From contig NMRA01001094.1 in the NCBI GenBank assembly GCA_002633005.1, positions 1 to 57,340 of the forward strand: 57,340 nucleotides of DNA, in the 5' to 3' direction. Position numbers and translations under genes: made by a program. The notes under the pieces are model-generated. The model saw only the letters and a program-made list of their open reading frames with translations, ran no database searches and was not told where the DNA came from. Within the stretch, counting starts at the first letter, position 1, and each line of letters opens with the position of its first letter. Positions 48,801 to 57,340 of this stretch are shown piece by piece. The DNA is from Phoronis australis. Its lineage: Eukaryota > Animalia > Phoronida.

Positions 48801-51800
48801 TCATAACTGGCAAGTGATGACATAATTGTCTGGTGCCAAAACTCAAAATGATTGACGACCTTAGAGACAATTTTCAGGCTGACATGAACAATTCATGTGA
48901 TTTTTAATAAAAAAATTCCGATTTGTGCGATATTTCAAGGCAATTTAGCTTTGATTTATAAAAAAATCTTTTGAATTAAGGGTCCTAGACTGTGTGAAGC
49001 GGTCGAACAAAAAATATTCTTTTCACTTTGAAGACAAAAGCCTACATCACAGGAAAGGCATAAATTTCTGAAATACAAAAATGAAAAAATATCAAAAATG
49101 CGTGGTGCACTCAAAAGTTATCGCTGTTTATGCGTCAAATTTTGACTTTATTTCGGTCGGTCGGCCATCTTGCGATGTCAGCAGCATAAATTACGGAGTG
49201 CTTTTCACGAATAGGTTAGCAGTAAAATTTAGTAGCACATGCATTTACTAATCATTGTGTACAATGCGAGAGTTAACAGCAGAAATTAATCACGCAGTTG
49301 TAACATATTGAATTGAATGGTTAAAATGCTCTCAATTCACGATGGACAACATGGCGACTTTTTTAACAGAAAGGCATGTTCAAGTGGCTACATCGGTGAA
49401 GATTTGATTACCAATACATTTGCAAACGCACTGCTACAAAAAGCAGTTTTGTACATTTGCTCGGTGCTTGTGCCATAAATTTTTTTGACATAACTGTTAT
49501 GAATCTTTTATTTATTTCAATGTAAGTTGCCCATTCAATTGACCTTGCATTCTGCTAAATTCTGTTGAAATTGCTCTGAAATATTTTTTTTTTAAATTCA
49601 ACTTCTCTTCAATGCACGATTATCTTTCACAACAAGACACATATTTTTTCTAAATTCTATGCACAAAATGCGCTTTTGATTTTTGTTTTGTAACTAGTTA
49701 CTTTCTACTTCAAGATATAGCAAAGCAACAAAATGTGAAAAATCTTACTTAATTTACAGAAATGGGTTATATTTGGATTATGAAGAGTGAAGCTTACTCC
49801 AATCCTTCTGTGTGATATCTTCATATTATTTATTATAATGCTTAGTCAATTTCTAGTTTAAGGACAAAAACTTTTATGGTTATCAGTCGCCATGGTAACA
49901 ATTATGCATGTCTACTTTCATACTTAACGTGAGCTTGGTTCACCCTGTATTTTGCTGAACATTTCCAAGGTACAGTCTAAGTTACTTACTGTGACAAAAG
50001 GCTCTTAGGATCATTTTAATTTGCGTACTAATTTGTAACGAGATCGCTTTGCTAGGTGTAAGCTTTAGCTACAATGAAAATTTTTAAACCCGTGCGTCCA
50101 AAATTTTTAAGAAATATCATTTTTATCTCTCGAGGTGTGTCACAACAAGTGACAAAATCAGCTTTGGGAGAAATCGGTTAAAGATTAACATTCTGTATAA
50201 ATGACAAAATTCAGATTAGAGTGACTTTTTATGTTTTATGTAATGGTTATCAGGTCATAAGGTGGACCTTGCCAGGACACCAGTTAGCAGCTGACGGAGA
50301 GAGGGAGGCACAGGTTTTACGCATGATCGGTTTCCAAAGTGCTAAGACTCATTCGAAAACATGCATGTTCAATAATATAAGTTTTTGGCTAAATTAGAAG
50401 TAAGATGTGGAAAATAAAATCGACGCTAGAATGCAGCATGTAAACGACGTTTCGATATTAATCAAAAGTCATCCTCAGGTACAATAGTAGACAGAAATCC
50501 CTATATTGTAACAGAATTAGATTAATATTGAAATGTCGTTCTCAAACATGCATGTGTCATCTTTTCCTCGATGGAAACTTCATGGCCAAATTTCATGAAA
50601 TTTCACCAAATAAATCTAGTTCTAGAAATTGCCACCAGAGAGCCAGCAGTAGCCAAAGAATGAAAAATTGACGGCGACTGATTTGATTACCATAGAAACT
50701 TATTTGCAAAAATTAATGAAGCGTCTTTATGAGGTTTATGAGATACAGTTGCATACTGCCCGAAGTCAAGCACCGTAAAATACAAGATGGTATGTCTTTT
50801 TATCGGTTGTTGCTTGAAAACAAACAAAAAGCCCATATTTTATTTTTTTTTATTTTCTTAATCAGAAACTGATGAAAAATATCATTGGAAATCACCAACA
50901 TCCCGCAAACTGGCCCCAGAGCACCTCAAAAAACACATAATTGGGCAAAATTTACCGAATCTTGTCAATCCATTGACGGTTAACGGAAAACCTTTTGAAA
51001 ATTCATAGACTATCTTCTGATGGAGAGATTCAATGTCCACATCAACGTTATAAATATTTTCATTTCCCGTTTTTAAGCCGTTTTAAAACAATTTCACTAA
51101 CTGAAACTTCTTGCACCAAAAATGGACTATTTCGGGCCAAAATATTCATGATGCTCTAGATTAAAAATAATGGCCGGAAAAATTTCGAACAAGCATTTTC
51201 AACATATCCCACCAGGATGTACACCCAATTTTTTAAGATCTGAGTCGGTGACCCTAGAGTTGACCTTTCGGTGCTCTCGCGGAATGATAGTTATACACGG
51301 AACCATTTTCTAGCATTCCAATGTAAAATTGCAGAGTTATAACTTTAAAACGGAACCCGTTCGCAGAGGGGAAAAGCCACCCTTTCTTTCGTGGGGCTGC
51401 ACATCGGAAGGTAAACATTACTGGTGGGGGGAGGGAACAAACTGTTTCGACTTCTCCCTATCGCCATCATGTCCGACCCCTTGTCGCCAATCTCACATAC
51501 AACTCCTATTGGCGTGCGGATAAACTACGGGGAAGCAGACCATAAAAACGTGAGTACACAACATCTTTAAACATTATGTCACGAGAAGGGGCCTCATTTT
51601 AGTAGACCTGTCAAAGAAGTGACGACTTTAGGATTGAATTTTGACCTTAAGGAAGCATTCATTTTATGAAATTCTTATACTACCAAAATCATTATTTAAT
51701 TTAGGGGGTTGTAACGTAAGAAATTCCTCGCTCGGGCTGCGAAATACGGGGAGAGCATCTTGGCATTGGGCAGACGAAACATCGTCTAGGAAACTTTAGT

Positions 51801-52339
51801 TGCGTCTATTTCTGCGATTGAAAATTAGGTCTAATGTAAAGATTTACTTTGTTAGGGTAATGCTTTGAAGGTTCAGAGTGAAATGGTGAGGTTCTGGGTA
51901 ACTGGTACATTGCCGAAATCTCCAGTTGCTACCCAGTTTCTGAAGGCTGGGCACCCGCAACCGGGCGACAAATATGAACTGGCCAAATTTCATCAACCGA
52001 TGTCAAAATTTACTAAAAACAGTTCCTGATAGGGTTATTTCGAATTGATAAAATCACCTGGTGCTCTTTGGGTTTTGGAGATCGCGGTATTATAATAGAT
52101 TTTCCCGACTGTCCACCTTCATCTAAGGTTGCTAAAGCATTATCAATTTCATCTGTCAAAAATCGTCTATCGGAATCAAGTCATTTTCGTGGGTAGCATA
52201 CACAAATACATGTGCGTCAATCGAAAACAACGAACCCTCGCCAGTCTCTAGAATAAAACAACCTCGACCTGATAAAGCGTCGCTTGGCAACAGGAAAGGT
52301 AGAATACTGTAATATCAGCTGTAATACCTGTCACGGACA

Positions 52340-53255
52340 GGATCATTGGGGATATGCTGGTGCATTAATCCCCTCCCCAGACCATCCCCGTCACAGCAGA
52401 AGGCGCAGAACTCCAGGGCTGACGTTGCCTGTAAGCATTTGATTAGACAGCACTCGGGCACGGCCCTTCTTGTGACTCTTCGCAGCATGGCCATAAATAA
52501 TACCGGCTTCGAGCAGGCGGCTGCCATCATTGAACTCAGCCAGCTGGGATGCAGTCTGCTCGTGGTTGCGTTTGCGAGCCAGCAGCTTAACGTCAGCCGA
52601 ATATAAGTAGAGGGGTTGGTTGGTGGTGCATGAGCCAGCGAGGTAATCTGCACGCTCATTAATCAAGACACCGGCGTGGCCAGGTACGAAAGACCAGATC
52701 ACCACATGATGAGGGTGGCGTGATCGGAAGACACCCCAGTTGGCTGGGAGGTTTCCAGATTGAACTTTCATCAACACTGCCATGGAATCGGTGGCAAAGA
52801 TAATGGTGTGATTCTCCAGGTCTAGGAGTGACAGCTTGGTTAGGGCTCGTTGTATAGCCTCAAACTCCATCCGCGTACTGCTTGTGGATATATGGTGGCA
52901 GCCACTACCTTCCGCAATGACGTTGTTAGCACAGCGTATTTGATAGCCCCATCCCGCACGATTAGTTTTACCATCGAAGAATCCATCAGTTGCTACAATG
53001 ATGGCATTAATACCGCCAAGATCACGCCATTGCTGACGGCACAATGCTTGGGCTACTCCAGGAGGCCATTCCCAAGCTTCCCTGTTGAAAGCAATGATGA
53101 CATTCGGTTCCTCACCAAGTTCTTGTACTGGCAGCCAAGCAGCAACTTGCGCGATCATGTGTTCGCCGATGAGACCCATGGTTGCGTTAACAGCAGCGAC
53201 AGTCCACGAGCACCTGCTAAGTCTTTGATGGGAGGCATTGCGAAAAGGTCTAGGA
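52340..53255 (-). mobile_element. 5'-truncated non-LTR retrotransposon with a C-terminal RNase H domain (I/ingi-group-like)
   Basis: ORF 52391-53317 has RNase H motifs IIVATDG..AGWG, SSTRMEFEAIQRAL, IFATDSMAVL and VPGHAGVLINERADYLA (D-E-D-D residues present), followed by a LINE-type tail RARVLSNQMLTGNVS. Confidence 0.88.
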
Positions 53256-54398
53256 CGAAGTCCATAAGTTTCTGTTGCAGGGACGGAGTTCACGCACCTT
53301 TCAAGTGCAGTCTTCACTTGACTGTGAAAGGTAGAAATAGCACGCTTTCTAAGTTCTATGCAAGTAGTAGAATTATTCCTTTAAATATGAAATGCACAGT
53401 ACAGGACATTTCAACAGACATGTCCGGGATACAATAGAACACTTCTACCAGTGCATTTGGAAGTAACAGATATACCTTCGGGCGTACCAATACCCAAACT
53501 GCACAAGTTGGCGCGCCAATAGAAAACAAGAGAGACGTATGAATGCCCACAGCAGGCAGTGTGTTGGTGAAAAATTTCTTTGGCCAGTCTTTTTTCTTCG
53601 TTCTCTATGAAACTTTGAAACGTTTTAATATGGAAGCTATTTTTCCACATCCATCCCCTGTCCTTATATTCGTCCAATGGGCACCTCTAATGATTTACTT
53701 GTGGGCAGAAAACGCGTGTATAGAATAAACAGAGAATATCTGAAGGCTTGCGTGCAGATAACTGTGGTGAAACCGAGAGAGTACGGTACACAGCAACCCA
53801 AAGTGGGCACGGGTCTCCTACCCCAGGAATCTATTCCTGCCCAACGTGATATCTGGAACTCAGTTGTTGCCCGTTATGGATTATCCATTAACTTCCGTTA
53901 CAACAAGAAACTCGATTACCAGTACATGTACTCTTAACATCCTCATCCGTTAGACATGAACACTGTGCATGGTCATAAAAATGACACCCCGCAATCTGGT
54001 CGACAAATGCAAGTTTCCTACGAAAAACTATATCGTCACCAATGTGTTCTTCAACTAATACTATTCTTGTAACTCGTTTGTAAGAAGTATCGATAATTTT
54101 GTCGATATAAAAACATCGTAAACATTGTCTTTAAACACTACGTAATGGTCTTCAAGCTCTCCTAACTCAATCACCCCTTCCTAAATGTTTATGCTCCAAC
54201 ATGTTTCCCTGTAGGCCTATTTCTTTTCTCAAATGGCCACCGCACCCAGCCCTATACCCATGTCGGACATGGTTTCACAGACAGTGACGCCTGAAAATGT
54301 ACTCTGCCCCTTCGTACGGCCTGGTAGTGTCGTGGAAAGGACTGCTCTGAGCTGCCTCCCCCCTCCTCCTCGGCTTATTACTTGAAATACAGAGTAGA

Positions 54399-54512
54399 GT
54401 TCAGTAACGACATAGGGCCTCCCTGAAATCTATCCAAAATCATTTGAAATACATGGCATTATCTCACGTAATCTCGCGACGTCTTTTTTAGCGAGGTCCT
54501 AGCGTTAATGAA
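54399..54512 (-). mobile_element. ~150-bp MITE family, copy 3 (inverted, internally deleted)
   Basis: atctcacgtaatctcgcgacgtcttttttagcgaggtcctagcgttaatgaa is a near reverse complement of the 5' half of the 23703 and 33536 copies. Confidence 0.75.
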
Positions 54513-54789
54513 ATGTGCCAGGACTTGATAAGCATGGGCAGATCTTGGCTGGTAAAAGTGCAATAACGCCACCGTCGAATTCAGAATAAAAAACGATAAC
54601 AAGACAAATTACTATGGTTACTATTAAGCAATTGTTACGAAACTTTCTACAGGATCAGACTGCGATTACTATATACGTAATGTGTAAAGAATGGAAAATA
54701 TTTTAAGCTGTTGAGTTTAAAAGACTGTGTTGAATATCAAGTCTGTGCCTGGTGACTTCGTTAGTACGGTAAAAATACGCTACATAGGT

Positions 54790-55025
54790 GCAATGAGCTA
54801 TTATACAGTATAGAGAGACGACACGTCTATAGGCTACTCGCATGATGAACGCTATGTAAACAAAAGCACGGTGGTCTTATGGAAGCCGGGGAATTTTCAG
54901 AATAAAATTTGGCTACTAACGAGGCAACATAAAGCAATGTAAATCTGTGACCCACGCATGCTTAAACGGTCAAATAAGCCATGATTGCAAAGAAAATATT
55001 CCTAATGCTTTTGGCTGAAATTTAG
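54790..55025 (-). repeat. Dispersed repeat, diverged copy 2 (partner 15555-15840)
   Basis: Reverse-complement similarity to 15555-15840. Confidence 0.75.
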
Positions 55026-55302
55026 TCCGTGGGCCAGATCTCATAGCGTTCATCCTTGTGAGTACTTTGGGGAGGCAACCTAGTTTTTTCTATGTGGCTA
55101 GGAAAGATACCTATAAATCAAATTCCAAAAAGTTCCCACGTCTACACTTGCACATTTTTTAAAAAAATGTGTTTTTGTTGCACAAAATATTATGCACATT
55201 CCTGCCACTTGGTGGCGCTTTTCTACTGAATTGACCAATCAGAAAGCCAGATTGTATTGTTGTGCTTAGTTACTTCAATATGGCTGCTCCCATGGACGTG
55301 TG

Positions 55303-55579
55303 TAGGCAATGACCATCGCCTCTGTTGGCCCGAACCAGAGGCGATGTAGAGGCTATAGGCGCTCTGTACGCCGGAAGCTTTTCGGCGAATTATGCCTCGC
55401 ACCGACTAAACCATCAAAGTCACGTTGTTATAAATACCTTTTGCGCATAGAGGAACACCTTAGGAGGTTGTCGATGTGATTAATTCCTTCCAACTCGAAC
55501 AAATACTCCCGTTATGAAACTTTTTCTTCGAGCAGTCCCTATTTCAGTTCAGGCCAACAGAGGCGATGGTCATTGCCTA
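55303..55579. mobile_element. 277-bp MITE with perfect 28-bp TIRs and a 9-bp TSD
   Basis: TIR TAGGCAATGACCATCGCCTCTGTTGGCC at 55303-55330 and its exact reverse complement at 55552-55579. GGACGTGTG is duplicated at 55294-55302 and 55580-55588. Confidence 0.95.
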
Positions 55580-55779
55580 GGACGTGTGATGCCTGTATAA
55601 TTCAAGGTTTATCAAACAGCACAAAATTGTGATGCCACAGCCTGAAGAAGCTTAGAGAAGCTTCCTGACTAAAGGTGATGGACTGTGGAGCTTTGTAGAT
55701 CAGAAGATCAAAAAGAAGAAGAGGTGTCACAAACGTTTGTGCAGTAAACAGTTGCATGTCCTGGTATAGCCTATACAGT

Positions 55780-56075
55780 ATTAGTATACTGCTGTAGAAG
55801 ACCAAGTGTCAGACCAAAAATGGAAAGGACATAGAAAGGCATAGCAACGTTTCAAGACACCAGCAGTAGTACTAAAGCTGAAGTTTCTGAAATTGATACA
55901 AATGTTACCCAAGATTTCCCAAGAAAATCAATTATACTTCCAAAATCTGAAACACCCAATTAACCTGAACAAGACAGGAACATTCTGAAACATGAGTGCA
56001 TCATTTGTTAGCAGGAAAAGTACATTATGGACCACATTTCAAGAAAGAGAAAGAAGTAAGAACTATATAGCTTTG
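55780..56075 (+). pseudogene. Decayed DNA-transposase N-terminal fragment (Academ-like, tentative)
   Basis: KWKGHRKA*QRF and NILKHECIIC*QEKYIMDHISRKRKK*EL resemble the H-R-x-C-Y-x-x-F and C-I-x-C-x-K-x-K-Y...R-E-x-L motifs of large invertebrate transposases. Interrupted by stops. Confidence 0.35.
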
Positions 56076-57210
56076 AAAAACAGTGCTTCTGAAAGGTACA
56101 TCTTGGTGTTTTCCAAATGTGTTTCAGCATTATCACCAGTTGTTCTTTAACTTGTTTAGCCTCTTGGCTGCCTAGGCCTTAGACAATACCGCTGACTAAG
56201 TAGAGACGGTGATCATACCATAGGTACTCCATATGCCGTATGCTGTTCGGCAAATTGTGCAAAGTCACACTGGTTAAAACATAACTTTAGAAGTACCGCG
56301 TAGAGAGATGCCTCTGAGGAGGCCGTTAATGTTTTCATTTGTTCCCAGTTTAAACAAATACTCTTGCAATAATGTTTTTCGAACACTCCCTTGTTCAGTT
56401 GCCACATCGACTCTGCTTGGGCCAAGATATAATCATATGGCGTTATACTGTGGGAGAAGGTTAAATGGAGTAGGTGGTTGCAACCAACATGCCCAAGTGG
56501 CCGTCATCCCCTGCCATAGTCCTGAGATATTGGGAACCTCTTCCCAGTTTTTTTGTAAACATTAAATACTTAGGTAGCTGTAATGGTAATTACGCCTAAG
56601 TGGGCAGCGTCCACGTCGTAATTTGAGGACGGTGGAAGCCACTGTCCATTTCGTCAAACGTTGATTACCTTAAGTCATAGGCGGATTTAGGGGGGATCAG
56701 ATCCAATTTCAAGTGTTAAATTCAGAACACGGCGCATTCGTAACGGAACTATGGCTAAGTATGGGCTTTCCCGCGATGATATCCCAGGTGGCCGGCAGTG
56801 CCGCTGTGCACTACAACTCCGTTTCCGTCGTCTGCTCCAATGTGCAATGAAGAACATTTATTTCATTTTTGAAGAAAATGGAACCTGAGTGACGATGAAA
56901 AAACAGATGCTGCTGGTAAGATGTGAATTTTAATCGAAGCCTTAGTGAATCACTCAGAAACTCATAATTCTCTCTTTGTCAAATCTTAACTTAAGACGAT
57001 TTCCAAAGCAATCCCGTCATTATTGCCAACACGAAAAACGAATTTGGTCTTTTGGGCATTTGAAGACTATTTTAAATACAAATTTGTTAAGAACCGATTG
57101 TACAAATTATAAAACATGTAATAAGCATTGCAAAAAGAAGTTGGTTTCGCGCGCAAACGCTGTGGACGATAAACAACTAAATCTCGTAGTCTCAGATTAG
57201 GAGTTAAATC

Positions 57211-57270
57211 GCGGTGGTGTAGTGGTAAAGCACGCGCTCTCTATCCGCCAGGGCGTGACTTCGAGTCTCT
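57211..57270 (+). mobile_element. tRNA-derived SINE head or tRNA pseudogene
   Basis: Pol III A-box TGGTGTAGTGG (57215-57225) and a degenerate B-box (gacttcgagtc, ~57257-57267). No intact cloverleaf. Confidence 0.55.
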
Positions 57271-57340
57271 TGTATTTGCAGTTTTTCCTGTTTGACACGT
57301 TCTATGACTTTTTTATTTTTGTCTTTTTTTTCTTGGATAA

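Noticed and set aside
49886-49899. Near-perfect RFX X-box GTCGCCATGGTAAC
   Set aside because: It lies about 4 kb from the predicted TSS within AT-rich transposon-like DNA, where this palindrome is common, so it cannot be tied to the gene.
48535-51700. Large Kolobok-like non-autonomous element starting TTAAGGGG
   Set aside because: The composition is transposon-like, but I could not find a matching right TIR or TSD.
52346-53437. Plus-strand ORFs of 86 and 195 aa
   Set aside because: Antisense shadows of the LINE RNase H frame.
56289-56345. Minus-strand peptide GTNENINGLLRGISLRGTS resembling the IS30 transposase motif GTNENTNGLLRQYFPKGT
   Set aside because: The expected upstream IS30 context (DNG.EF, YF.DP..PWQR) is absent, the frame is short and stop-bounded, and another frame looks equally protein-like. 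Treated as coincidence unless BLASTx shows otherwise.
57211-57285. Functional tRNA gene
   Set aside because: The acceptor, anticodon and T stems do not pair properly and the B-box is degenerate, so it is kept only as a SINE/pseudo-tRNA.

Overview
This is AT-rich eukaryotic genomic DNA, not prokaryotic: it has spliceosomal GT-AG introns, LINE and Penelope debris, MITEs and microsatellites. An invertebrate, lophotrochozoan-like source is my inference. Main content: (1) A minus-strand gene with 8 coding exons (CDS 45337->23206, 419 aa) that I assembled by hand with consistent splice phases. Its TTxYxDDF, RRNNPHP and HFIINPEWVSE motifs and its adjacent RFX-like and forkhead promoter motifs suggest an uncharacterised ciliary or flagellar protein. 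(2) An intact 396-aa plus-strand ORF (39379-40569) nested antisense in intron 2 of that gene. Its C-terminal ~160 aa carry an H-x-T / G-V-W-F / E pattern resembling the HYE/HYD ADP-ribosyltransferase fold. This is the most interesting candidate in the window. (3) Transposon relics: a Penelope GIY-YIG fragment, a THAP-domain relic, a decayed APE+RT LINE, I/ingi-like LINE fragments including an RNase H ORF, several MITE families (one with perfect 28-bp TIRs and a 9-bp TSD), a foldback element and a tRNA-derived SINE head. No database searches were run, so all family calls rest on motif recognition.
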